Shown here piece after piece: positions 15,235 through 28,560 of a stretch of DNA of 64,000 nt (position 1 is the first letter of the stretch; the number at the start of each line of letters is the position of its first letter). The DNA comes from the human T2T-CHM13v2.0 reference genome, Homo sapiens. Below the pieces are notes generated by a model. The model was not told the origin of the DNA. It did not search any database and saw only the letters and a program-made list of their open reading frames with translations. Location of the stretch: the NCBI RefSeq assembly GCF_009914755.1, contig NC_060933.1. One strand, given 5' to 3'. The position numbers and the translations under genes were made by a program.

Positions 15235-15362
15235 GTAGGAACCTCCATGCTGGCCCCGTCTCTCCAGCAGGTGTTGGCTTCCGCACTCTCTCCTTTCAAG
15301 GTCTAGGGGGGAAGGGAGTTGTGTTTGGGTCACTTGGCCTATACTGGACCCTGTGGCCTTAG
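15235..15362 (+). CDS. DAPK1: Intron-20 read-through tail of short isoform s-DAPK-1 (42 codons from 15234 + TAG)
   Basis: Frame continues past the donor: GRNLHAGPVSPAGVGFRTLSFQGLGGKGVVFGSLGLYWTLWP*; length equals the recalled 42-aa unique tail. Confidence 0.7.
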
Positions 15363-16660
15363 TGGTTTTCAGGTCCAGGTTGGCTGGTAGCCTTGTGTGT
15401 GCTGCCTGTTGTCCAGCAGTAACAGACTGACTTGGCAGTAGCAAAACAAGGGCCTCACTGAAATCACAGCCACAGACACAAAGGTCCATCCTCATAAATG
15501 TGCAAACTGCAGAATTTGCACAGTCAGCTTTGGGGACACAGTTGCAAATTGCATTGCATTCTACTCAGGGCTCTGGCCTTAGAGACAAAAAGAGCTCAAA
15601 CTCAAACAGTCCAAGCATAGCACAGATCCAATAGCAGCCCAAGAAGGGTCCTCAACCCTTATCCTTCTTTCTGGAGTGCTACAGGCAGACCCAGTATTGT
15701 AGATACATAGAGCAACAAAAAGGGATTTCCAGGAAGCACCATCCTGCTCAGTTCAAGGTTGGATAGAGGTTTCCAGAGGCTCCTTAGTGGTTTTCAGGGA
15801 TGGTCTCTCTGGTCACATCCACCCTCCTTGGGAACGTTTGCTGCCTTCCGGGCCTTCCACAGACAGGGTTATTGATTCACATTAGGGGGCTGTCACGAAA
15901 CACCTGGCAGTGAGCAAGAGAAAATGATGCAATCTTGGGTGTGATTCCAACTGAATCCTCCTTTAGACAGAGCGAGTGAGTTTGTGGAAAGATAAGAGAC
16001 CTTCCAAGAGTTTCCTAAACCAGGACAGTTTTGTGCTTTGTGCCTTGATTCATTCTCTGTATATGATGTCACAGAAGAGCCAGGTCTGTTCCCCAGGTTG
16101 ATGCTAAAGTTTGTGTTTCTCTTACGTCCCCTCAGTGAGGGAGGACGCTGGGGAGCATGGGTAGCTGCGGAGAGTTGGCTGAGATTTATATTCCCTTTTC
16201 AACTTCTGTTCTCTGAACACAGCTATAGAATTGAAATGAGGAGAAGAAAGAATAACCAAAACAGAGTTATAATTCGTATTATTATATTGCTGATACATAT
16301 GTCAATATTTATAGAGTACTGTGTGCCAGGAACTGGAAGAAATATGGTCTGAAGGACGCCTCATTTAATCCACGTGACAGCTTCCGAGGTGTTTTTACCG
16401 CTATTTCCCTGCAGCCTTGAGGGGTCAGTTGGCTTCTCTGAGCCGCACAGGTGGCAAATCCCAGAACATCTGGTGCCTGAGCCAGTGCTTGTCAATAACA
16501 CCCTGCATAAGGAATTCACAGGCACACCTTTCCATTTTCCAGTGTGATTTTTTTGTTTTTTGTCTTTGCATATTAAGTTAAATGTTATTACAAAAGAGTC
16601 AAAACTTTAAAAAATTTAAAAGTAGATAATGGAAAAAATGTGACAGAAGGTTAAGATTAA

Positions 16661-16993
<333 letters not shown>

Positions 16994-19900
16994 TCCAGTG
17001 TGATTTCTGCTCTAGTTGAGGATTTAAGTGGGGTTCAGTTGCTCCCTTAGAGGGAGGCAGCACGCTCCTGCTGTGGTTAAGGGCACTGCAGCCTGAACCT
17101 CTGTGGTTAGGAGGGTGGGATATGAGAGAGAGAGAGAGGTCATGAGCTCATGATCTGGAAAGTTTGCAAGGCCTAAGTGGGTGTGCAGATGATGCCCAGG
17201 AGCCCCCATTGTGGAGTCCTGGGAGTCAACTGTGGCTCTGCCCTTGGCCTCAGAGGTGAGGTATCCATGGCCTTGCTTCTCCTCAGTATCTGTGTCTGGT
17301 CTTTGCAGCAGGTTCCTGGTGAAGGCTGGCTCTGGGTGACCCTTTTTCTGCACGCCCCACCATGGGGGGAGCATCTTTAGCCAGGGATCGGGGAGGGGGT
17401 CCTGGCGCGGGGGCAGAAGCCCCTCTGCATGAGAGCCCTAAGGTGCAGGCACACCAGCTGCTTTCAGCCCAGCCGTGGGTTCTGGGGAGGAGGCGGCTGT
17501 CCTGGTCCCTGGGCCCCCACAGTCAGTGCCGCCTGCCCCTGGTGGAGGAAGTGTGCGCTGGTGGTTGCCCCTGAAGCCTGGTGGCTGAGGGATCCCTGGG
17601 CAGGAGGCATAGCTCAGCAGCTGGACTTGGAGGTGGATGAGACAGACAAGATGCCCCCATCCCTGGACTGGGCGGGTCACCAGGCACTTGCTGCCCTCAC
17701 AGCTTGTACATCAGCATCAGACAGTGCCCGGGAAATGCAGAGCAGGGCACAAGCACAGGGCACCGCGAGGGCGGCCTGGGGAGATTGGACTTTGGCAGAG
17801 GGTATGTGTGTTGGGGGCCAACGGAGCAGCGTGGCTTTGTTAGACACCTGAGGAACTGCCGCCCCTGAGCATGCCTCCAGGGACTGGGCCTGGTTCCTGA
17901 AGCAGCAACACTGTCACCTGCCAGGGGGCACTGCTCGTGCCTGGCAGGCCGTGCTGGGGTCTCTTTCAGGCCAGGGCTCTGGACACCAGTGACCTCTCCT
18001 AGAATTGTCAGGCCCTTTTCCCTTCAATGAGAGAGATGCCTACATGGCAACATTTATATCATCAGACAGCAAGAAGTTTGCTTTTAGAATTTTGGCCCTT
18101 TTCCACTGCCGTTCTCTTGAGAACGCTGGAGGCCAAGGCTGAGCTCCCAGCCAGGAGACCGGACGGGGTCCCCTCGAAGTTTTCTGTTGCACACATCACT
18201 CAGCTGTGGGGACACTGAGGGTTGTGGCTGTTGAGCTGTGGGAAGGAAAACATCCAAGGTCATAGGAGGCATGAATGTCCAGGAAGAGTATTTGAAGAAG
18301 CCATTCCTGTTCCCGCGGAGAGGAGCCTGCGGGAGGAATTCCCGGTGACCAGGTAAAGTGGGTCTCCTGGGAGCCGTCACGTTACACCGCCAGGGGGCAG
18401 TAGCTAACAAAAATGATTTCCTGGGATTTCGGTGCTTCCCCATGAAATTATTGTTTTCATAACACCTTGTACAAAGCCTGTCCTAACCTTTTATCCTCCC
18501 AACGAAAACTGTCACCGAGGAGCAGGAATGACTGCCATTTACCAACGTCTGCTCTCATTAAGCACAGGGCCACATGCCACTAAAAGAAGGCTTGTTCCTG
18601 ACAGGCAGGCACCCAGACACAAATTCCAGGTCACAGGGAAGTGGACAGACCCATTCTTGGGCAACCCAGCAGCTTTTGCAGGCTGGGATTAACAATATGC
18701 AGAGAAATACACTAAAATGGCAGCTATGTTGACATCAAGACTTACATCATTTTGCTTTTGTTTTCTATTTACATTCCTATCTGCCAACTTTCCTACAGAA
18801 ATAGAATATGTGTTGGTGTTTTTAAGAATAAATCTTGCCCTCCTAGTGCCCTTTCTCCTTTCCCTGTACCTAATCCTGCCCTTAGGATCCACTTTTCTTC
18901 TCCTCATCCCCTCCGTTGGATACCCCCATTATCCATGTCCAAAGTCTTAACTCTTTGGTCTTTAAGTAAGGGATTACCTTGGTGTTTGGATCGCCTGTTT
19001 TAAAGTCAGATACCCAGGTGAAATGGTCACTTCTTTAGTGCCTCGCAATGTCTATTGTATTAATGGTAAACCAATGGTACTGCAGTTAAGATCAATGAAT
19101 CCCTTCTCCAATGCAATTCGTTCACCAAGTTCTTACAGAGCACTCTCTGTGGGCCCTGGGTCACAGCCCTGACCAGAAAGGCAGCTTCTGCCTGCACAAG
19201 CCTGGTGGGAGAGACGGGGAGCAGGGCAGGCCAGTGAGTAACTGAGACAGTGAGGAAGCACAGGCTCTATGCCTAAACGCAGGGGACCCAGACTCTGTTA
19301 TTCAGCTCCCGTACAACACCCACAAGTTCACCATTGTTTACATAATGTTTCCTTTAAACTGACTCACTTTTTAAAATGTACTAAAATACATTGATTTGAA
19401 AATGAAAGTTAATATCCCTATCATAAATGGGAACCCAGTGTCACTGCCATAAGTAAAAATAAATGCAGTGAACAGCAACCAATGTGAATAAAATCCCGCT
19501 AAACGCCAATGCCCACACCCTCTTCATTAAAAGGGAAGATGAGCAGGTGTTGAGGAAATGCTAAAATCGGAAGGCCTCAAGTGGAGACTCGCTGCAAGAA
19601 CAACTGAAAGGCCTTCAAGGGAATTTCAAAAAGGAGTAGCTTTCACAGTGTGTGATTCAGCATTATTTAATGCTATGGCCTGCTACTGTCTGAAATCATT
19701 TTCCATTTAACCTGCAATAATAATCTCATGTGCAAGAGAGAGAAGTCGCTCAGTGGGAGCTGGAGGAAGACAGAGACTGCGAGTATCAGCAAAGTAGCAG
19801 GAAGTGAGAAGGGAAGAAACCCGACCTCTGCCCTCCCACCCTCTCCACAGCCTCCCGTTGGCTGACCCTAAGCAGAAATCACATGGCAAGCCAGCCTAGA

Positions 19901-20163
19901 GACACAATCCCTAGGACCAGCCACCCGGGCAACAGGGCGGGGCAGAAAAGGTTGTGGGGAGGTAGAGCAAGCGGAAAAGCCCACAGCCTTGCTGGGAACA
20001 CTGCTGCCCTGCACGTGTGAGGGCAGACACACTCAGCCTGAAGCCAGAGTTGGGGTGGGGACAGAGGCGTGCTCCAGAAAAGGAAACCTCAGGGCCAGCC
20101 TGGGAGGGAGACAGGCACACGCTGCCCCCATCGAGTACTCATGTGATCCTTTCCATCCTGCAG

Positions 20164-20352
20164 TCTCAGTGAGCATCAACAACCTGTACCCAGGCTGCGA
20201 GAACGTGAGTGTGAGGAGCCGCAGCATGATGTTCGAGCCGGGTCTTACCAAAGGGATGCTGGAGGTGTTTGTGGCCCCGACCCACCACCCGCACTGCTCG
20301 GCCGATGACCAGTCCACCAAGGCCATCGACATCCAGAACGCTTATTTGAATG
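20164..20352 (+). CDS. DAPK1: DAPK1 exon 21 (189 nt), ROC domain
   Basis: cctgcag|TC TCA GTG...AAT G|gtatgc; VSVSINNLYPGCENVSVRSRSMMFEPG...IQNAYLN, seen in ORF 19989..20420; phase 1/1. Confidence 0.97.
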
Positions 20353-20611
20353 GTATGCCCTGCCTGCCCCAAGGGAAGGACCTCAGGTTTCCCTTCAACA
20401 GGGTTGTAAGTCATCCCTAAAGGGAGCTTGTCCTGAGCTGTATCTGTCACTTCCAGAAGGAAATCCAACACAGACTGATATTCAGAGTGAGCCAGGACTG
20501 AAGCATGGCTGGCTACCATCCCTAAACAGTGAAATTAAACACTGGGGTATTGTCAGCGCCTAGTAAAGCACTTGGCATACAGTAAGTGCTTGATAAATGA
20601 CTGTGGAGTAA

Positions 20612-23600
20612 ATTAATAATATTTGTACATATTTATGGGGTACGTGTGATATTTCATTGCGTGTATAGAATGTGTATGTAATGATCAAGTCACATTATGT
20701 GAGGTGTCCGTCACTTTGAGTTTTTATCATTTCTATGTGTTGGGAACATTTCAAGTCCTCTCTTCTAGCTATTTTGAAAAATACAACGCATTGTTAACTA
20801 TAGTCACCCTATTCTGCTATTGAACACTGGAATGTATTTCTTCTATCTAACTGCATGTTTGTACCCATTAACCAACCTATCTTCATTCCCCTCTCCACAC
20901 ACACACACAGCCTTCCCAGTCTCTGGTATCTATCATTCTACTCCCTACCTCCATAAAATCAACTTTTTTAGCTCCCACATGTGAATGAGAACATGCAGTA
21001 TTTATCTTTCTGTGCCTGGGTTATTTGACTTAACATAATGACCTCCAGTTCTATCCATGTTGCTGCAAATGACGTGATTTCATTCTGTTTTATGTCTGTG
21101 CATAAATAGTGTTCTGTTATGTGTATACCACGTTTTCTTTATTCATTTGTTCCTTGATGGACACTTAGGTCAATTCCGTATCTTTGCTATTGTGAATAGT
21201 GCTGAAGTAAACATGGGCGTGCACGTATCCCTTTGATATACTGATTTCCTTTCCTTTGGAAAAATGCACAGTAGTGGAATTACTAGATCATATGTTAGCT
21301 CAATTTTTAGTCTTTTTGAGAAATCTCCATGCTATTTTCCATAATAACTGTACTAATTTATATTTCTACCAACAGTATATAAGAATTCTCTTTTCTCTGC
21401 ATCATTGCCAGCTTCTGCTATTTTTTTTTGTCTTTTTAATAATAGCCATTCTGATTGGTGTAAGAGGGTGTCTCACTGTGGTTTTGATTTGCATTTCTTG
21501 GATGATTAGTGATATTGAACATTTTTCTCATTTACCTGTTGGCCATTTGTATGTCTTCTTTTAAGAAATTTCTATGCAGGTTCTTGCTCATTTTTGTTTT
21601 CCTTTCTTTTTCAACTTGTATTTTAGATTCAGGGGTCCCTGTGCAGATTTGTTACCTGGTCATATTGCATGATGCTGAGGTTTAGGGTACAAATGATCCC
21701 TCCCTCCCACCCCCTCTAGTAGTCCCCAGTTACTATTGTTGCCATCTTTACATCCATGAGTACCGAATGTTTAGTACCCCCTTATAAGTGAGAACATGCC
21801 ATATTTGGTTTTCTGTTCCTGTGTTAATTCACTTAGGATAATAGCCTCCAGCTCCATTCATGTTGCTGCAAAGGACATGATTTTCTTCTTTTTTATGGCT
21901 TCATAGTATTTCATGATGTATATGTATCATATTGTCTTTATCCAGTCTGCCATTGATGGGCGCGTAGGTTGACTCCGTGTCGTTGCTGTTGTGAATAGTG
22001 CTGCAATGAACATACTAGTGCATGTGTCTTTTTGGTGGAACAATTTGTTTCCTTTCGGATATATACCCAGAAATGGGATTGCTGGGTCAAACAGTAGTTT
22101 TAAGTTCTTTGAGAAATCTCCAAACTTCTTTCCACAGTGGCTGAACTTATTTACATTCCCACAACGTATAGGTGTTCTCTTTTCTTCACGCCCTCACCAG
22201 CATCTCTTGTTTTTTTGTCTTTTTAGTAATAGCCATTCTGATTGGTGTGAAATGGTATCTCATTGTGGTTTTGATTTGCATTTCTCTGATGATTAGTGAT
22301 GTTGAGCTTTTTTTCATATGTCTGTTGGCTACTTGTATGTCTTCTTTTGAGAAGTGTCTGTTCGTGTCCTTTGCCCACTTTTTAATGGGGTTATTTGGTT
22401 TTTACTTGTTCAACTCTTTAAGTTCCTTATAGATTCTGGATCTTAGATTATGCCTTTTTGGATGCATAGTTTGTGAATATTTTCTCCCATTCTGTAGGTT
22501 GTCTGTTTACTCTGTTGACAATTTCTTTTACTGTTCAGAAGCTCTTTAATTAGGTCCTACCTGTCAATTTTTGTTTTTGTTGGCAATTGTTTTTGAGGAC
22601 TTAGTTATAAATTCTTCCCCAAGGTCAGTATCCAAAATGGTGTTTCCTAGATTTTCTTCTAGGATTCTTATAGTTTTGAGGTTTTACATTTACAGCTTTA
22701 ATTTATCTTGAATTTTTTTTTTATATGGTGAAAGGTGGGAATCCAGTTTCATTCTTCTGCATGTGGCTTACCAGCTATCCCAGCGCCATTGATTGAATAG
22801 GGAGTCCTTTCTCCATTACTTATTTTTGTCAACTTTGTCGCAGATTGGGTGGCTGTAGGTGTGCAGCTTTATTTCTGGGTTATCTATTCTGTTCCACTGG
22901 TCTATGTGTCTGTTTTTGTACCAGTACCATGCTGTTTTGGTTACTGTAGACCTTTGCCCACTTTTTGATGGGATTGTTTGTTATTTTACTGTTCAGCTGT
23001 TTGAGTTCCTTGTATATTCTGGATATTAATCCCTTGTCACATAAATAGTTTGCAAAATATCTCCCATTCTACAAATTGTCTCTTCACTCTGTTAATTGTT
23101 TCCTTTGCTGTGCAAAAACTGTTTAGTTTAATACACTCTAAGTTGTCTATTTTTGTTTTTATTACCTGTGCTTTTGAGGTTTTATCCACAATATCTTTGT
23201 AGGACCAATGTCCTGAAGCCTGTCCTCTTCTACTGGTTTTATAATTTAGGGTATACATTTAAGTCTTTAATCCATCTTGAGTTGATTTTTGAATATGGTG
23301 AGAGACAGGGGTCCAGTTTCATTCTTCTGCATATGGATATTCTGTTTTCCCAGCAGCGTTTATTTACAAGGGTGTTCTTTTCCCCAGTATGTGTTCTTAT
23401 TGCCTCTGTCAAGTTATTTGGCTATGAATACCTGGATTTATTTCTGAGTTTTCTATTCTGTTCCATTGGTCTATGTGTCTGTTTTTATATCAATACCATG
23501 CTGTTTTGGTTACTATAGCCTTGCAGTGTATTTTGAAGTCAAGTAGTGAGATGCCTCTAGCTTTGTTCTTTACACTCAGGATTGCTTTGGCTGTTTGGCC

Positions 23601-26558
23601 ACTGTTTTGTTTCCATACAAATTTTCCGATTGTCTTTTCTATTTCTGTGAAAAATGACATTGGTATTTTGATAGGGATTGCATTGAATCTGTAGATTGCC
23701 TTGAGTAGTATGAGCATTTTCACAATGTTGATTCTTCCAATATATGACCACAGCATGTATTTGCATTTGTTTGTGTCCTCTCAGTGTCTTTCGTCTGTGT
23801 TTTGTGCTTTTCCTTGTAGGGGTCTTTCACCTCTTTGGTTAAATTTATTCCTGAGTATTTTATTTTTATTGCAGCTATTGTAAATGGAAATGCCCTCTTG
23901 ATTTCTTTCTCAGCTAGTTCATTTTTGATGTATAGAAAGGCTACTGATTTTTGTAGGTTGATTTTGTATCCTGCAACTTTACCTATTTAATATGAATTTA
24001 TTTCTCAGATCTAAGAGTTTTTTGGTGGAGTCTTTAGGTTTCTGTAGTTATAAGACCATATCACTTGCAAAGAGGGACAATTTGGGTTTCTCTTTTCTAG
24101 TTTATATGCTTTTTATTTCTTTCCCTTTGCCTGATTGTTCTGGCTAAGAATTCCAGTACTGTGTTGGATAGGAGTGATGTAGGGGGCATTCTTGTCTTAT
24201 TTCAGATCTTAAAGGAAAAGCATTCAGCTTTTCTCTATTCAGTATGATGTCAGCTATGGGTTCATCATGTATGACCTTTATTATGTTGAGGTATGGGTTC
24301 GTCATGTATGGCCTTTATTATGTTGAGATATGTTCCTTCTATACCTAGTTTGTTGACAGCTTTTATCATGAAGGGATGTTGAATTTTGTCAAATGCTTTT
24401 TCGGCATCTGTTGAGATTATGATATGGCTTTTGTTCTTTCTGTTGATGTGGTGTATTATGTCAACTCATCCTTGCATCCCTGATTGTGGTGTATCATCTT
24501 TTTTGTGTGCTGTTGGATTTGGTTTACTAGTATATTGTGAGGATTTTTGCATCTGTGTTTATCAGGGATCTTGGCCTATAATGATGATGATGTTGTTGTT
24601 GTTGTTTTTACATTCTTTTCTGGTTTTGTTATCATGGCAATGCTGGTTTCATGGAATAAATTAAGGAGAACTCCTGCCCCTTCAGTTTTTTTTGGAATAG
24701 ATTGAGGAGAATCATTAGTTCTTCTGACATCCAAACCTGGACTTCTCTTTTTGGGGAGGCTTTTTAATACCAGTTCAATCTCATTACTCATTATTGGTCT
24801 GCTCTAGTTTTCTATTTCTTTCTGATTCAATCTTTGTAAATTATCTGTCTAGGAATTTATCCATTTCCTCTAGATTTTCCAGTTAGCGTATAGTTGTTCA
24901 TAATAACCTCTGATGATCTTTGGTATTTTTGTGGCATCAGTTGTAATACCTTACTTTTCATTTCTCATTTTGTTCTTTTGGGTCTTCTCTCTTTTTTTCT
25001 AGGTCAGTCTAGCAAATGGTTTAGCAATTTTGTTTATATTATAAAAGAACAATTTTTCATTTCATCAGTTCTTTGTATTTTTTTAGTATCTGTTTTGTTT
25101 AGTTCTTCTCTGACCTTTATTATTTCTTTTCTCCTGCTAAATTGTGGTTTGGCTTGTTTTTGCTTCTCTAGTTCTTTGAGGTGCATCATTCGATTGTTTA
25201 TTTGAAACGTTTCTGATTTTTTGACGTAGGTGTTTATTGTTATAAACTTCCTTCTTAGCATTGCTTTGGCTGTAGGTTTTGGTCTTGTGCTTTGATTTTC
25301 ATTTGTTTCAAGAATTTTTTTAAATTTCTCCCCTAATTTCTTTCTTGACCCTGTGGTCATTCAGGAGCATGTTGTTTACTTTCCATGTATTTGTACAGTT
25401 TCCAAAGTTCCTCTTGTTATCAATTTCTAGTTTTACTGCACTGTGGTTTGAGGAGATACTTGATATGATTTCAATTTTTTTTACATTTGTTGAGACTTTT
25501 CATGTGTCCTGATATATGTTCTATCCTGGAGAATGTTCTGTGTGCTGATGAGAAAATGCGTATTCTGTAGCTGTTGGATAAAATGTTCTGTAAATGTCCG
25601 TTAGGTCCACTTGGTCTAACAGGCAGTTTAAATTCAGTGTTTCTTTGTTAATTTTCTGTCTGTATAATCTGCCTAATGCTGAAAGTGGGGTGTTGAATTC
25701 CCCAAATATTGTTGTATTGAAGTCTATCTGTTCCTATAGATCTAATAATATTTGCTGTAAATATCTGCATGCTCTGGTGATGGATACATATATGTTTAGA
25801 ACTGTTATATCTTCTTGCTGAATTGATCCCTTTTGCATTATATAATGACCTTCTTTTTTTTTTTGACTTAAAGTCTGTTTTATCTGATATAAGTACAGCA
25901 ACTTTCGCTCACTTTTGGTTTCCATTTTCATGGAATATCTTTTTGTATCCCTTTACTTTCAATCTATATGTATCTTTATAGATAAAATGGATTTCTTGTC
26001 AGCAGCATATAGTTGGGCCATGTTTTATTAGTCAAACAGCCAGTCTGTATCTTTTAGGTGGAAAAGTTAATTCATATACATTCAAGGTTATTGTTAATAT
26101 GTGAGGGTTTATTCCTGTCATTTTATTAATTGGTTTTTTGTTGTTTCATATATTCTTTATTCCTTTCTCCTTCATTATCATTGTGGTTTGGTGGCTTTCT
26201 GTAGTTGTAATATTTGAGTCCTTTCTCTTCCTTAATATGTTTCCTCTACCAGTGGATTTATGCTTTCGTGTGTTTTCATGATGAAAGAATTGTCCTTTCA
26301 CTTCCAGGTGTAGAACTCCTTTAAGCATTGTTTATAGATTTGATCTAGTGATGATCACTTCCCCCAGCTTGTCTTGTTTTTGGGGAAGACTTTATTTCTC
26401 CTTCACTTATGAAGCATAACTTTGCTGTCTGTAGTATCCTTGGCTGACAATTTCCTTCTTTCAGTTCTTTGAATATAGCATTTCATTCTCTCCTGGCCAG
26501 TAGAATTTCTGCTGAGAAATCTGCTGTGAGTCTGACGGGCGTTCCCTTGTAAGTGACT

Positions 26559-26597
<39 letters not shown>

Positions 26598-28560
26598 CTG
26601 TTTTCAGACTTCCCTTTGTCTTTGACTTTTGACAATTGGACTATAATGTGCCATGGAGAGGACCTTTTTTCGATTGTATCTGTTTGGAGATCTCTACAGC
26701 TTCCTGCATCTGGATTTCCAAATCTTTTGCCAAACCTGGAAAGTTTTTAACAATTATTTTAATAAATAGATTTTTTATCTCCTTCAGTTTCTCTTTACCT
26801 TTGGGACACCAAAAACTTGAATATTTGATTGCTTTATGGTGTCCCATATGTCACAAGAGTTTTGTTTATTTTTTTATTTTTATTTTTTTAATGTTGTCTG
26901 ATTGGGTTATTACAAAAGACCTGTCTTCAATTTCTGAAATTCTTTCTTCTGCTTGATCTAGTCTATTGTTGCAGCTTTTGAATAAATTTTCTGTTTTATT
27001 CAAGAAGTTCTTCAATTCTAGAATTTCTATTTTGATTCTTTGGTAAACTTCTCATAATATTCTGAGTTGTTTTTCTGATATCTTTGTATTGTTTTTCTGG
27101 ATTCTCTTGTACCTCACTGAACTTGTTTAATGTCATGATTCTGAGTACTTTTTTTAGATTGCATAGGTTTATTTTTCATTAGAATCTGTTGCTGGAGAGT
27201 TATTGTGCTCTTTCGGAGGTGCAATATTTCCTTGCTTTTTCATGTTTCTTGTGTCCTTACATTGATATCTGTGCATCCGGTATAATAGTCACTTCTTTGA
27301 ACTTTTTGAACTTGCTTTCATAGGGGAGGGCATTTTCCTGAAGATGTGTCTATGGTGTTGGTTGAGTAGGGCACTTTGGCTTTGATTCTGGGTGCATGCA
27401 GTAGCATAGTGGCCATACGATTTTTTTTCAGCTGTAAGCAGCTCCAGTGGTGCCTGTAATTTTCTCAGTGGCTTAGGGTATGGTTGTTAGTGGAGGCTGT
27501 GGTAAAGTTTTTCTGGAGATGGGGATACCACGTGGGCCAGTCCTCAGAACCTAGTGGTGGCAGTGGTGGGCTGAGCATGCCTGTCCTTGGGCCCCAGGGT
27601 GGTATATGCTGGTACTGATACTAGTGGGTCCAGGTAGGTTGATTCTTGGGCCTCCAGGCAGCTTGCTCAAGTGCTGGTAGTAGTAGCAGTGGGCCAGGTG
27701 GGTAGTCAGGTTCTCAGTTCCCTGGGCAGCAGGCGTGGTGTGAGTGATGGCAGTAGTCATAATGAGACAGCCCTCTGGCTCCCAAGCAATCTGTGCTGAT
27801 GTTGGCAGTGGCTGCAATGGGCTAGGCAGGCCAGTACCTAGCCCTGCAGGTGGCATATACAGGTGAGTGCCAGCTGTGATGATAGTGGTAGGTTGGATGG
27901 GCGTGACCTCAGGCCACTAAGAGGAGTGCTCAGGTGCCAGTGGTGGTGGACTGGGCTAGGTGATCCCCAGGTCCCCAGACAGCATATTCAGGCTCTTAGG
28001 GGATTGTGAAGTCAAGCTCAGCAGGCCTGTCGTCAGGTCCCCTGGTGGTGCATGTGATCCCCAGCCTCTGGCAAAATGCTTGAGTCAGGGAGGCAGTGGC
28101 TGCACTGTGGCTCTGCTACTGGGAAGAGTGGTCCTGCTTTCACTGTCAGCAGCCATATGCGGCCAGCTGGGGAGTGTATGATTTGCACATACTTTAGACT
28201 CAGTGGACACAGCAGCAGTGGCTGCAGACAGGGGATTCTGTCCTTGGGGCAGATGAAAATGCACAGCCACTACTCTGCTAGGGACAGTGGGGTCTCTGTC
28301 AATGGGTTATGCCTAGACCTTGGTGGCAGCTGCCAGCCAAGGTGGTGGCTGCAGGCAGAGATGTCAGTGGGGCTCTAGGGATATAGAGATGCCAAGGCCA
28401 TTGGGCTACAGAGCAGGATGCAGTCTACGGGTGTTTGGAACATACAAATGGTGCCGCACTGTAGCTGCTTCGGACTCAGAGAGTGCGTGGGAGCCAGCCT
28501 GAGCTCCCTCTCTGGAGCAATACTGTCATGCAGTCTCCAGGCAGCTCCCTCAGCTAATCT
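20612..28560 (-). mobile_element. Decayed, internally deleted near-full-length L1 (L1MA-like), antisense in DAPK1 intron 21
   Basis: Minus-strand ORF2 remnants [26 protein letters not shown]...[10 protein letters not shown] (23490-23756), endonuclease EGHYIMQKGSIQQEDITVLNIY (25734-25931), ORF1-like KNFPGLAKDLEIQMQEA (26641-26847), GC-rich 5' region ~27500-28560; 5' boundary uncertain. Confidence 0.88.
21597..22950 (-). mobile_element. 5'-truncated younger L1 (old L1PA/L1PB type) nested in the host L1
   Basis: A second L1 3' end begins at ~21600 and repeats ORF2 C-terminal sequence already seen at 21400-21590; host resumes ~22951. Confidence 0.8.

Noticed and set aside
17300-17990. GC-rich intronic patch with several ORFs and G-runs
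   Set aside because: CpG density too low for an island and no splice-consistent exon; enhancer or G4 role cannot be supported from sequence alone
21256-26956. Many hydrophobic + strand ORFs
   Set aside because: Antisense reading of T-rich L1 sequence; the L1 ORFs themselves are frameshifted and internally deleted, so the element is not active
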